This document shows positions 1 through 13,975 of a DNA stretch of 64,000 bases, in pieces. A model generated the notes under the pieces. It had not been told where the DNA came from. It saw only the letters and a list, made by a program, of their open reading frames with translations, and made no database searches. The DNA is from Octopus vulgaris. Lineage: Eukaryota. Positions within the stretch are counted from its first letter, which is position 1; every line of letters begins with the position of its first letter. The position numbers were made by a program, and so were the translations under genes. The DNA lies in the NCBI GenBank assembly GCA_951406725.2, contig OX597830.1, positions 36,270,001 through 36,334,000 of the forward strand, given 5' to 3'.

Positions 1-108
1 CAAAACACACAACAAAAACAAAACAGAAAAACAATTCGGAAAGGGGCCTGGCAATTTTACAAACAATCTCCCGCGCTAGTTAACCCACGTTTTTCACTGG
101 TAACTCCA

Positions 109-170
<62 letters not shown>

Positions 171-209
171 CAACAACAACAACAGCAATAATAGTGATGA
201 TGATGATGG

Positions 210-287
<78 letters not shown>

Positions 288-560
288 AGGAGGAGGGAGA
301 TAAGGATGAAAATGTCAGCAGTGCTGGTAGTGGTGGTGCTGGTGGTGCTGCTGCTGCTGCTGGTTGTTGTTGTTGGTAGTGGTGATGGTCGTCGTCGTGA
401 TCGTGGTCGTCCTGGTCGTGGTTCAGGTGGTGGACGTGGATTTGAGGGAGGTAGCAGTCGTGGCGGTGTGAGGGAGAGAGGGTTGGTAACTGGTGGTGAT
501 GGTGATTGTGGTGGTGGTGGTGGTGGTGGTGGTGGTGGTGGTGGTGGTGGTGGTGGTGAT
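109..560. repeat. Compound trinucleotide microsatellite (AAT)n-(AAC)n-(GAT)n-(GGT)n
   Basis: Visible tandem triplets; explains the poly-I/M/H/G ORFs. Confidence 0.95.
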
Positions 561-986
561 GGTAGTAGCGACGGTAGAGATGACGGTCAATACGACAACA
601 GCGTTGACGGTGGCAGTGATGAAAACACGAGTATGGCGGCGACGGCGACAATAATGAAGATCAGTAACAGCAAAGAAAACCGGAAAAACCAGAACAAGAA
701 GAACAAAACAAGAAATAAATAAAAGAAAAAAAGAAAACACCGAAAACTTTCATAATTTCAGAAGAGGAACTTATAAAGAATATTGTAAAGGATTTAATAG
801 TATTTTTTCGGTTCTCTTTTGATAAGAACAACAACATTGCAATATGTACAACATAATTGGCAATTTTTCATGACTGATGGTTACCATGCATACGGTACTT
901 ATGCAGAATATATATATATATATGTGTATGTGTGTGTGTGTGTGTAGCGTGTATCTATAGTGCATATGTATGTATATACATATACT

Positions 987-1052
<66 letters not shown>

Positions 1053-1099
1053 TATATATATATATGTATATATATACACCTATATATACACACACACAC

Positions 1100-1134
<35 letters not shown>

Positions 1135-1490
1135 TGTGAGTGTGTGTGCCTATGATTATATACATATATAGTCACGGCTATATACATGTAATCCTAAAAC
1201 TCTTACATTGCATGTTTAATACCATTTATGTATATCCAGGTGTGTGTGTGTGTGTGTATGCGTGTGTTTGTATGTATCTATGTATGTATATCGTAAATTA
1301 CGATATTTTGAATGTTTAAAATGATCCCTATGTATATACATATATGTATATACATATATGTATATATATATATGCACATACGTACACACACATACATGCA
1401 CAAATACACACACATATATATATATATGTGTGTGTGTGTATATACAAGTCAATATATATGCCTATATATGAATACATATATACACACACG

Positions 1491-1574
<84 letters not shown>

Positions 1575-1782
1575 TATATATATATACACACATATTTAAA
1601 CATACATACATATGAAAAACTATAGCCAATGATAGAAAACTAGAGATATTTTTTCCTTATTACCAACAAGGCATTTAATTCGAACCGCTTCATACATAAT
1701 TGTTACGTATTAACCAGAACCCACAGTCTGAGACTCTAACATTAGATGAAGTAACGTAATAATAAATATTAAAGTAAAAATG

Positions 1783-1981
<199 letters not shown>

Positions 1982-2515
1982 TCGCACCAACGTTGTATTA
2001 TAGATATTCTGCGAATAGCCTTAAAAGAAGCAATGTTCATCAGGAAATTATTCAGAAGAAACGGATTTAGGCAGGTCGAAGATCAAATGTCAAGTAACAA
2101 CGTCAAATGAGCGATAATGTCTTAATCAGCATATTGTAAGCAAGCCGTACTGTCACATTGGACGTAGTCATTTAGAACCATTTCTGGGAATTGAACATCA
2201 AATGGCCAATCAGTTTTATCAATAGGCCTGAAACGATGTAGAACATATGTGTGCGTGTGTATGTGTGTGTGTCTGCGTGCGTGCGCGAGTATATATATAT
2301 ATATATTATTATTATTATCATTAGTATTGCTATTATTATTATTATTGTTGTTGTTAACGCTTTTGCAGAATATATATGATAAATGGTAATTATATATGTT
2401 AGGTATAATTATATATACGTGGTGCTTTTGTATTATATGTATATGTACATGTGCTTGTATATATTATACGTATGTATATGCTATACACATAAGCATAAAT
2501 ATCAACATATAAGTG

Positions 2516-2571
<56 letters not shown>

Positions 2572-2721
2572 TACACTCACAATTAAAATAATACGACTGA
2601 TACACTTACTCACACACACATACACCAATGTATATATATATATGCATGTGTGTGTAAGTATGTGTATCATAGTATGTCATCTTTTCATCCATATGATAAT
2701 GTGTATACAACAAAATAGGCA

Positions 2722-2768
<47 letters not shown>

Positions 2769-2825
2769 GTGTGTATATGTGTGTGCGTTTGTAAATGTAT
2801 GTATACCAACAGCAAAGTATATATA

Positions 2826-2885
<60 letters not shown>

Positions 2886-3563
2886 ACGAGCTCATGATTA
2901 TATGTATAGCTGACACATGAAATTCTCATTTTTGCCCTTAATATAAAAAAGAAGAAGAAAAACAGGAACAAAATACGAATAGTAATATAGTAATTGCGAC
3001 AGGACAGCATAGCAAAACAAGAATCTAACGATATGAAGAAGCTTCTAAAGAAACTATAGCATCGCGAAAAAAGAGCTTGAGATGTAAATGATAAAATATA
3101 AGTCAGAGTTGAACATAACAAAGAGATAATTTCCTTCTTTAGATGTTCATAAGTATCTCATTAGACTACTTAAAGAAATATATAGGAACAGCTAAAATTT
3201 TAAAGAATTATCAGGGGAAAAAGTTTTCGGATCTTTCTTTATCTCTCTTTCTTTTTGGGGTCTTTTTTTCCTTTTTGTATTGTTTGTTGTCTTTGTGTTT
3301 TTATTTTTGTGCATTTTTTTTTGGGGGGGGGGGAATTGACTGCGCTTAATAAAAAGTGTTTCACGTAATTCGGATGCAAATAAGATTAAGGGTTCATTTT
3401 GTTAATAGGAATTCTAAGAATATGCATATGTGAGTGTATGTGTGCGTGTACGTGCACGCGTGTGGATAAGCATATGTGTGTGTTTATATGTATTATATAT
3501 ATATATATATATAGTATGAATATGAGTATTTTATATGTATATATAATATGCATATATAATTTA

Positions 3564-3605
<42 letters not shown>

Positions 3606-3815
3606 TATATACACGTTTATACATATATACTTTTACATAGATACATAAGAATCTATATACCGTAACATATATGGCTTATATATATGTATATATTCATGTG
3701 AATGCATGTACGCACGTATATATGCACACGTGTGTATATATACTTAAATGCATGCATGCAAGAATAAATACATATGCACACACACTCACACACAAATAGA
3801 TAGTTAGATAGATAA

Positions 3816-3919
<104 letters not shown>

Positions 3920-3999
3920 TACGTATTCAGTTTGCGCTGTTTATAGTGAATAAAGACAATAAGTGGCATATATAAATTGGTTTCAATATTATTATTAGA

Positions 4000-4290
4000 A
4001 TCTTAAATTCCGCCAAGGTAGACTTAAATTTTTGTCCATTCGACGTCGATAAAACAAGTACCAGCTAAATACTAGGGTCGATGCAATCGACTTGTCTCAT
4101 TTCCCAAAACGGCTCGTTAGTACGCCGAGCGAAATTTCGTTCATTGCTACGTTCTGAGTTCAAATTCCGCCGAGGTCGACTTTGCCTTTAGTGGTCGATA
4201 AATTAAGTACTAATGAAAGACTGGAGCCGATGTAATCGACTAGTCGTGCCCCACAAACTTCAGTCCTTGTGCCTTGAATAGAAAGGCTTA
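4000..4290 (+). mobile_element. SINE family C, two partial copies, ending in tail ...ccttgtgccttgaatagaaagg(tta)n
   Basis: gttctgagttcaaattccgccgaggtcgactttgcc (B-box-like) core shared with many copies in the window. Confidence 0.75.
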
Positions 4291-4320
4291 TTATTATTAT
4301 TATTATTGAGTGAGAGAGCA

Positions 4321-4362
<42 letters not shown>

Positions 4363-4474
4363 TTCATATATACTCAAGAGATTACACTGTTGGTAAAGAA
4401 AAAATCCTAACATCAGGTTAGGATTTAGATGCCCAGAACCCTCCCAAGTATCCTAGATGTCCCTAATAACATTG

Positions 4475-4824
4475 CAGCGTGGAAGGTGTTTGTAAGCCAT
4501 TTAAGAAACACACAAAAGCCGTTCGATTCACTTCAACATTTAAGTTTAATTTGTCAAAATATGTTCGTCGCTAAAATCCGCGACTTGTTCACTGACAAAA
4601 ATCCGTGCTGCATCTCATGCAGCACGGATTTTTGTCAGTGAACAGGTCGCGGATTTTAGCGACGAAAATATTTTGACAAATTTAAACTTAAATGTTGAAG
4701 TGAATCGAACGGCTTTTGTGTGTTTCTTAAATGGCTTATAAACACCTTCCACGCTGCAATTGTTTTCGTTTCAGCACACGATCTCAGATCAAATTACTTG
4801 CTATGCGAGTACATCTCCGTAAAA
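4475..4824 (+). mobile_element. Fold-back insertion, about 350 bp, probably PLE-derived
   Basis: Near-perfect inverted arms about 4471-4613 / 4617-4760; direct repeat CCTAATAACATTG at 4462-4474 and 4825-4837. Confidence 0.85.
4631..4680 (+). ncRNA. Minimal hammerhead ribozyme-like motif, G3:C8 variant
   Basis: Stem I tttgtca/tgacaaa, core GUGAACA(G), stem II gtcgc/gcgac, GAAA, palindromic stem III AAUAUU, triplet UUU. Confidence 0.65.
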
Positions 4825-5402
4825 CCTAATAACATTGTTTTCTGGATATATAATAAAGTGGCTTTTATGCCTATTTTCTCTGTCCATCTGTTCAGATCTT
4901 TAGGGATAGTTCCCAATGCACCTATAACTACTGGGATACATTTTACTCGCACTTTCCATAGTCTCTATAATTCAATAGCTTGGTCTTGGTACTTTGCTAT
5001 TTTTTCTATACTTCTCATATTAATTTTTTCATTTGGGACAGTCAAGTCAAATATCTATCACTTTCTATTCTTTTATCTACTACAACCAAATCAGACCTCC
5101 AAGCTTCTATTGCTGTCAGTCTGATTGTTGAAGTCCCACAACATCTGATATATTTCTCGCTTTCTTGTACTTTACTAGGTTCCTGTTCATACCATTTATC
5201 AGTATGGTCAAATCCTAGCTTTCTACATAACTCCCAGTAGATTACCCTCCATAGGTTGTTGTCTTTTCTTGTATTCTTTCTGTGCCAGCATGCTACATTC
5301 ACTTACTATATGAGTAACACTTTCCTCTTTTGATTTGCATAATCTACATTGGGAATCTACTGGGTTTTTGTCTATCTTGACTTTTATCCAAGATTGACAA
5401 AC

Positions 5403-5459
<57 letters not shown>

Positions 5460-5476
5460 CATTATTATTATTATTT

Positions 5477-5690
5477 AAGGCAGCGAACTGTTAGAATCGA
5501 GAGCACGCCGGATAAAATGATTTGCAGCATTTCGTCCGTTTGTACATTCTGAGTTCAAATTCCGCTGAGATTGATTTTTTTACCTTTCGGGGTCGATAAA
5601 ATATGTACCAGTTGCGCACTGGGGTCGATGTAATCAACTAGTCCATTATAATGTCAGGCCTTGTGCCTTTAGTAGAAAAGATTATTATTG
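5477..5690 (+). mobile_element. SINE family C with (TTA)n-ending tail
   Basis: Head aggcagcgaactgttagaatcg..., B-box-like gagttcaaattcc, tail ggccttgtgcctttagtagaaaag(att). Confidence 0.8.
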
Positions 5691-5711
5691 TTATCGTTGT
5701 TGTTGTTGTTG

Positions 5712-5790
<79 letters not shown>

Positions 5791-5859
5791 CATCATCATC
5801 TTGATCAGTATTATTATTATTAGTACAGCTATTTATGATCATGTATACTGGATATTGGT

Positions 5860-6318
5860 TTTAAATTTTAGTTCAAGCAGAGCAAGTTCGGGAAATGTGG
5901 GAGGTAAGTGAGTTATATCGACACCAGTGCATAAGAGGTACTTATTTTATCGATCCTGAAAGAGATGAAAGGCAAAGTCGACCAAGGTGGAATTTGAACT
6001 CAGAACGTAAAGGAGGTTGAAATGCCGCTAAGCATTTTGCTCTGTGTGCTAACGATTCTGCCAGCTCGCAGCATCATTGACTACTGAATATGCCTTTCTG
6101 TTATAAACTCAGGGTCTGAAAAATTTTTTTTTTGGCGGGTGGGGGTGTTAGCCGTTTACATCGACTCTAATGTTCAGCTGGTACGTATTTTATCGTCCCC
6201 GAAAGGGATGAAAGGTAAGGTCGACCTCGGCGGAATTTGAATTGAGAATGTAAAGACGGATGAAATACCGCAAAGCATTTTGCTGGCGCGCTAACAATTT
6301 CGCCAGCTCGCCACCTTG
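5860..6318 (-). mobile_element. Two tandem SINE family C copies
   Basis: Reverse complement of the family core twice (ggaatttgaactcagaacg...ttctgccagctcgc). Confidence 0.8.
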
Positions 6319-6930
6319 TTGAATGCTGAATATTATTAAAAAGACTGTATTTATCTTATAATAACCGAAGAATAATGTGAGAAGCTAAGTGGAAGAACTT
6401 GCTCAAGTCCCAAGCACCAGGTCATTTCTTATATTTCGCTATTGGAAGGACTTTACATCTTGTGACGTAATCCCATGCGATACGTCTATATGTATCTGTA
6501 TATAGGTACCTATTCAACGCGCGGCAACATACACATGCACAGGCGCTTACAGATACACACACACACACACACACACATACAAACACACACATATACACAC
6601 AGACGTACACACACATGCATACATGCATATATGCGTGCAAATATATATATATCATATATATATATATATATATATGTGTGTATATATACATACATATGTG
6701 TGTAGCGTGGGTGCGTGTGTGTGTGTGTGTGCAGGAAGGGAGTGGAGGGAGGGAGGAGGAGCGAGTGATGGTGAGAGTGAGGTGGGAGGTGGGAGAGAGG
6801 GAGAGAGGGAGGGAGGTAGATATAACTATATTCATTTAATTATAGATTACGGATACGTCTAACGTTTCTCCCTTGTGCTGACCTACGAAGACCTTCTGTC
6901 ATATGGCTACGAATGCTCGAGATTTATACA

Positions 6931-7016
<86 letters not shown>

Positions 7017-7176
7017 TAATAGTAAGAAAAGTGCGTGCAATTGTGAGATACCTTGATGAAACAGAAAATTGAATCTGGAACTCATCTATATATTGACAGA
7101 CATTAGATGTATATACAGACATATATTACACAGGAATACATGTACACATTCACACTTATATACACACACAGACGCA

Positions 7177-7233
<57 letters not shown>

Positions 7234-8173
7234 CTGTGTGTGTCTGTCTGTATGTACCATATATAATACATACTATATATACATAATATATTTATATTTA
7301 TATATATATAGCATATATATATATATATATGCTATATGTATATATATATATATATAGCATATATATATATATATGCTATATGTAGGTATGTTTGTATGAA
7401 TGTATGTATGTATATGTGCGCGTGTGGGTGTGTGTATGTATGAGGGGTGTTGCCTTGATAGACTGATAGATTGATTGATAGATAACTTACTAGTTAGGTA
7501 GCTGATTCTAATTGAGTATTCATTGAAAGAAGGGATTAAACTGAGGCTGCTGTTGGCCAGGTAGGAAGTGGAACTTTTTTAAGAAAGCATTTTCTTTGGC
7601 CTTATTTTAACTTAGAACTCTTTTTCTCTCTGTTTTTTATTGTTCTTCTTGTTGTTTTTTGTTTTTGTTTTTTGTTTGTATGATGGACTATTTTTTTTTT
7701 TTGCCACTTCGTCATACATCTGGGGTTTTTTAACTTTTCGGCAACTTTCTCTGACATATTGCCATGGAGAGAAGTTATTCTTTTAAATTACAGCAGTAAT
7801 ATAATCAATATTCAATCTCCCTCTCCTCTCTTTCTCTCTCTCTCTCGCTCGCTCTTTCGTTCTCTATCTGTCTATCTCTCATTCTCTTTTTCTTTCAGTT
7901 TCCCTTTCATTTTCTGTCTTATACCAGCCAACTAGTTATATATATAGACAGATAGACATATATGTATATATTTATATATACATGTGTGTGTCTGTGTGTG
8001 TGTGTATGTGTGCGTTAGTGTGTGTGTATGTGCGCATGTGTGGTGTGTAGACAGATAGATAAAGATAGATACAACTATCTATATAGATATGCGATTATTT
8101 ATACATATATATATATATATATGTATATATGTACACACACATACATACATACATACATACATACATACATACA

Positions 8174-8206
<33 letters not shown>

Positions 8207-8384
8207 GCATACAAACATACATAGGCGCAGGCTGAATGTATGACAAGAAAATTTGGTTGGTGAAAACTGGAGAAACCCATAATCACATGCACTGGCGGAC
8301 TGGGTCTAAAGATATTGGTTGTCAGGAGACTAAAGGGGCCCACCTGCAACTACAAAGAGGCCCATCCGCAACTACAATGCTATC

Positions 8385-8600
8385 TTTTATTCTTTTATTC
8401 TTTTACTAGTTTCAGTCATTTGACTGCGGCCATGCTGGAGCACCACCTTTAGTCGAGCAAATCGACCCCAGGACTTATTCTTTTGAAGCCTGGTACTTAT
8501 TCTATCGGTCGCTTTTGCCGAACCGGTAAGTTACGCGGACATAAACACACCAGCATCGGTTGTCAAGTGATGTTGGGGAGACAAACACAGACACAAACAC
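8385..8600 (-). mobile_element. SINE family B, 3' half
   Basis: tttcagtcatttgactgcggccatgctggagcacc tail; runs into (CA)/(TACA) repeat. Confidence 0.8.
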
Positions 8601-8640
8601 ACAAACACACGCACGCACACACGTACATACATACATATAT

Positions 8641-8714
8641 GCTCCAAGGCACCAAATGCTTTTGCTGCCCTTTGAATTCGTAGATGTACTTCTGTATCAA
8701 GATGTTCATCACTC

Positions 8715-8720
<6 letters not shown>
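8641..8720 (-). mobile_element. RTE-clade LINE fragment
   Basis: Translates VQSDEHLDTEVHLRIQRAAKAFGALE, like the post-RT D.EV..RI.KA..AFG.L motif of RTE elements. Confidence 0.55.
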
Positions 8721-8758
<38 letters not shown>

Positions 8759-8844
8759 CATACATACATACATACATTGATAGATAGATAGTTAGATAGA
8801 TAGAAATACATATATGAATATATACTTATATATGCACATATTTA

Positions 8845-8885
<41 letters not shown>

Positions 8886-8943
8886 TTATATATATATACT
8901 TATACTATATGTGCATATATATACTTATATCTGCACATATTTA

Positions 8944-9010
<67 letters not shown>

Positions 9011-9088
9011 AGCAACATCTGATAGCCTGGTCGGTCACGGTGATATATATATATATCCCCGTGACCGATCAGGCTATCAGATGTTGCT

Positions 9089-9121
<33 letters not shown>

Positions 9122-9298
9122 CACATATATAAATATGTGCATATATAAGTATATATATGCACATATAGTATAAGTATATATATATAAGTATATATATATA
9201 CACATATATAAATATGTGCATATATAAGTATATATTCATATATGTATTTCTATCTATCTAACTATCTATCTATCAATGTATGTATGTATGTATGTATG

Positions 9299-9360
<62 letters not shown>

Positions 9361-9418
9361 GAGTGATGAACATCTTGATACAGAAGTACATCTACGAAAT
9401 CAAAGAGCAGCAAAAGCA
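8654..9418. repeat. Large inverted duplication, about 370-390 bp arms, centred on a (TA)n at about 9050
   Basis: Unique blocks mirror each other (tgcttttgctgccctttgaattcgtagatgtac... vs ...gtacatctacgaaatcaaagagcagcaaaagca; tagcaacatctgatagcctggtcggtcacgg vs ccgtgaccgatcaggctatcagatgttgcta). Confidence 0.9.
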
Positions 9419-9443
9419 ACATCTGATGGCCTGGTCGGTCACG

Positions 9444-9479
<36 letters not shown>

Positions 9480-9623
9480 GGTATGTAGAAAAATACAACA
9501 TGGACAAGAACGTATAACTCTTAGAAGACGATACAATAAACACGGACAGCACATTCGAAACCCTCAGTCTTCAGTCAAGAACCGGATCATCGTAGTAATT
9601 TCGGCTGATATATATATATATAT

Positions 9624-9925
9624 CCCCGTGACCGACCAGGCTATCAGATGTTGCTACACATCGCTGGTCACAATGCGTTTCGCATTGTTTTAGCCTTTAA
9701 ATGACGCCACCCCGCTGGCTAAGCGAGCTGGCCAACAGAAGAAAGAGTGAGAGAAAGTTGCGGCGAAAGAGTACAGCAGGGATTGCCACCACCCCCTGCC
9801 GGAGCCTCGTGGAGCTTTAGGTGTTTTCGCTCAATAAACACTCACAATGCCTAGTCTAGGAATCGAAACTGTGATCCTATGACCGCGAGTCCGCTGCCCT
9901 AACCACTGGGCCATTGCGCCTCCAC
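9624..9925 (-). mobile_element. tRNA-derived SINE family A (tail type 3)
   Basis: Head gtggaggcgcaatggcccagtggttagggcagcggactcgcgg...gtttcgattcc with A/B boxes. Confidence 0.88.
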
Positions 9926-9949
9926 ATACATATATATCTATTATGCATG

Positions 9950-9997
<48 letters not shown>

Positions 9998-10085
9998 TAT
10001 ATACATATATGAATTTATACACATATTTATATATGTACATATATATGCACATATTTATATATGTACATATATATATATATTATGC

Positions 10086-10116
<31 letters not shown>

Positions 10117-10125
10117 GATAGATAG

Positions 10126-10182
<57 letters not shown>

Positions 10183-10361
10183 AGATGGTTTTGGAGTAGA
10201 AAAAGGGCGAAAAAAACTAGTTTAATTATAAAATGTCATTCTACTAACTCGACGATAAAAACAGAGGAGTAAATCTAAAATTAAACCTTCTTCGAGAGAG
10301 ATATGACTTATAGATATTTTGATGTATTTAATTCAATATATTTGTGTGTGTGTGTGTGTAT

Positions 10362-10413
<52 letters not shown>

Positions 10414-10815
10414 ACATCTATACGTATATAGCTAAAATAGTTCGTCGCGTTTCTGTCATCGTTTTTTTTTTTCTTTCTTTACTTCAATTTGGTTTTTCTC
10501 TTATCAAAACTTGAAATCAATTAGTATCTACGTATCGTATGAAGACAAAAGTAGGAAGAATTTCAGAAGTATTTCATTTCTGCCAGCATATGTGTGTGGG
10601 TGTGTGAAAAAGAGATATAGAGAAAGTGTGCGTATGTGTGTGTGTTTGGATATAAGTATGCGGGCGTTGGTACATAGAGCTCGATAGATAGGTAGGTAGA
10701 TAGGTGGGTAGTTAGGAAGGTAGGTAGGTAGGTAGTTAGGTAGGTAGGTAGGTAGGTAGGTAGAAAAACAGATAGACAGGTAGGTAGCTAGCTCGCTAGA
10801 TAGATAGATAGATAT

Positions 10816-10978
10816 GTTTCTTTATTAGCCACACAGGGCTGCACACAGATAGAACAAATTACAAGGTAGAGCTTTTCTTTTGGGGGTAAAAAAAAAGGGG
10901 GTCGATCAAAAGGGATCGTAAAAGGAAAGAAAGAGGACAAAAAAGGGGGGAGTTTTAAAAAAAAGGGGGGAGAGGAAA
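10816..10978 (-). mobile_element. Retroelement 3' end embedded in (GATA)n, possibly a Tx1 3' UTR
   Basis: Minus strand is pyrimidine-rich and ends gccctgtgtggctAATAAAgaaac; (TATC)n on both sides. Confidence 0.55.
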
Positions 10979-10980
10979 GA

Positions 10981-11102
<122 letters not shown>

Positions 11103-11133
11103 TACAGACATACAGACAGACAGACAGACAGAC

Positions 11134-11205
<72 letters not shown>

Positions 11206-11429
11206 GTTAGCACAAATTTTTAGGGAATGCAGTGTCTCAGTTGGTGAAGCTGAACACGTAATCGCATTTGCTACCATCATTCTATCGCCATACAAAACCA
11301 ATTCACTTCTCACACGATGCTAACGTCTTCGATAACTAACAGGAATCCGTTAGATCTGTTACTAAACCATAAAACATTCTGAAGAGAAACTTAAAATCTT
11401 CAATGGATTGTTCATATATTCGTTTCGTT

Positions 11430-12390
11430 TAACATTTCGGCACAATGCCAGCAGTTTCGATTCTTCTGCTCAACTAGTACATATTTTATCGACTCCGAAA
11501 GAATGAAAGGCAAAGTCGACTTCGGTGTGTGTGTGTGCGTGTGTACAATGGACTTCTTTCAATTTCACTCCACCAAACCTGTTCAGAAGGCTTAGCTTTG
11601 TTCGGGGCTATAGTAGAAGACAGCCGTAAAAGGTGCCACGCAGTGGGACTGAACACGGAACCAGGTAATATCTGCGTCTATATTATATATTATATATTGT
11701 GTATTATCCATTGCGCAAACTGTAATAACCTCCCAGTTCACTGTGTTTGATATCAGGTTCCGATTTCCAATGAAAAATCGGAACCTGATTTCTTTTTATT
11801 ATGACCAAGAAAATGTCATAAAAATTAGTTTCAAATTTTGGCACAAGGCCAACAATTTCGAAAGACAAAGTCAACATCAGTAGAATTCGAACTCAGAACA
11901 TAAAGACAGACGAAATACCCCCTAAACATATCACCCAGCCTTATAACGTTTCTGCACACCCGCCTTCGCCATCATAAATATTCTTTTCTACTCTAGGGAC
12001 AAGGCCCGAAATTTTGGGGTAAGGGGCCAGTCTATTAGATTGACCCCAGTACGCAACTGGTACTTAGTTCATCGAGCCCGAAAGGAATTTGAACTCAGGA
12101 CGTAAAGACAGACAAAATACCCGCTAAGCATTTCGCCCGGCGCGATAAAGTTTCTTATTTCTCTATTGCCCACAAGGGGCTAAACATAGAGGGGACAAAC
12201 AAGGACAGACAAACGGATTAAGTCGATTGCATCGACCCCTGTGCGTAACTGGTACTTAATTCATCAACCCCGAAAGGATGAAAGGCAAAGTCGACCTCGG
12301 CGGAATTTGAACTCAGAACGTAAAAACAGACGAAAATACCCGCTGAGCATTTCGCCCGGCATGCTAACGATTCTACCAACTCGCCGCCTT
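11430..12390 (-). mobile_element. Cluster of SINE C copies (including a dimer at 11980-12390) and a SINE B 5' half (11545-11665)
   Basis: Repeated family cores; tail gtttagccccttgtgggcaatagagaaat. Confidence 0.8.
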
Positions 12391-12976
12391 AATACCCGCC
12401 TTCATAAATATTATTACCTGATTTTGTATCCCATCACCTTGGTTTCTGCAAGTCAAGGGACGGGTTCCAAAGTAAAGAATCAATGCTGTGTGACCTTCAA
12501 TAACCAAGTGCAACTCAATGATTTTATTATAGTATCCGCAAATGCAAAATTGCAATCATATATATTGCTAAACCAATTCCAGACCCGAAGCAATGGTTAA
12601 TTGGATTCTCTGCATGTGTTTAGCCAAATTCTTAGTGTTAGTTAATTAAGGAATCTCTCCAACTAGTTATCGTTCTTTTTAGTTAAATCATTTCTTTTCC
12701 TCATCCTAATTATTAAATTTCTCCAGGAATCGAAAACAGCAGCATTTTTTGTTGTTGTTGTTGTTGTTTTTGTTTTTAATTCCGAATTAACTAAAAATAT
12801 ATGCCTAATGTTAACGAAACTTAATTACGGCATTACCATTATAAGAAAATTGCCGATGAAGCAACATATATTAGAATAGCTCATAACATTTAAAACAAAA
12901 CAAAACAAAAAAGGAATAGATTTAAACAAAAGATTCTAAAAACAAATATACATGCAGATGTTATATCACTGAAATA

Positions 12977-13370
12977 GATGATGACGATGATGATGACGAT
13001 GATGATGATGATGATGATGACGATGATGATGATGATGACGATGACGATGAGGACGACGATGATGATGATGATGGAGAAGAGGAGGAGGAGGAGAAGGATG
13101 ACGACGATGATGATGACAATGATGATGATGACGACGATTACGATGATGACGATGATGACGATGGTGCTGGAGGTGGTGGTGGTAAAGGTAGGGACAATGT
13201 CTATGGTTTTGAAGACGATGGTGGTGATGATGATTGTGATGGTGATGGCGGTGGTGGTGGTCGTGGTCGTCGTCGTCGTCGTGAGGATAATGACGACGAT
13301 GAGGATCATGATGATGATGGTGATTCTGGCTATGATGATGATGATGATGACGATGATGCTGATGATGATT
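12977..13370. repeat. Degenerate (GAT/GAC/GGT)n microsatellite
   Basis: Visible triplets. Confidence 0.9.
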
Positions 13371-13734
13371 CGTCTCGTAACCCATGAGTAATCCGGACGT
13401 TGCGAAATCTATAAGTCACAGTGGAACAAAGGGCAACAATTAACCATGGGTTCTTCTGAAGACAAATGTTTAAAACGTAATCATGAAAAGCCCAAAGCAA
13501 ACAAAATATGCAAGTATAAGATAATATGGAATTTAATTAGTTAATGATTTCTTTTTCCTTTATTAAGTTGTTGGGGCATCAAAGGAAACCTTATTGTAAT
13601 ACAGTGATAAAAATGATGAGGATACGGTTGAGTGAGTTTCCCGCTGCTTTATCCGGAATGTGACTTTTAACTACATCCGGTAGTGAGGCCTTGCTTCGGA
13701 AGTTCCAGAGTTTTGAGATGTGTGGAACCCCTCT

Positions 13735-13975
13735 TCATCATCATCCACTCAGGTTGTTTGCCCGGGTCAGCCTGACTACCTCTCTCCATCCCTTCCGATC
13801 TTCCATTAGCGTTTTAGGTCTTCAACTTGTCATCCAACATCTTCTACAAGCTGTTGTATATACGTCTCTCGTGGTCTTCCAACCGCTGTGGTACCACGAT
13901 TTGGTGTCCACAGCAACACATAATTCACAAGTTCTTCTTTACTTCTCCAGCAGTGGCCAGCAAGCTTCAATGTCC
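13735..13975 (-). mobile_element. RTE-clade LINE 3' end with (TGA)n tail
   Basis: Translates LKLAGHCWRSKEELVNYVLLWTPNRGTTAVGRPRETYIQQLVEDVG...LMEDRKGWREVV, a typical RTE C-terminus. Confidence 0.8.

Larger units (their letters stand above)
4365..5400 (-). mobile_element. R4/Dong-like RLE non-LTR retrotransposon, 3' fragment (frameshifted), interrupted by a fold-back insertion
   Basis: CRLCKSKEESVTHIVSEC zinc knuckle, RSDLVVVDK (PD motif region) and C-terminus YIQKTMLLGTSRILGRVLGI* once 4475-4837 is removed; (TAT)n on both sides. Confidence 0.85.

Noticed and set aside
7300-7382. Small tagca(ta)ntgcta palindromes
   Set aside because: Expected by-product of self-complementary TA repeats
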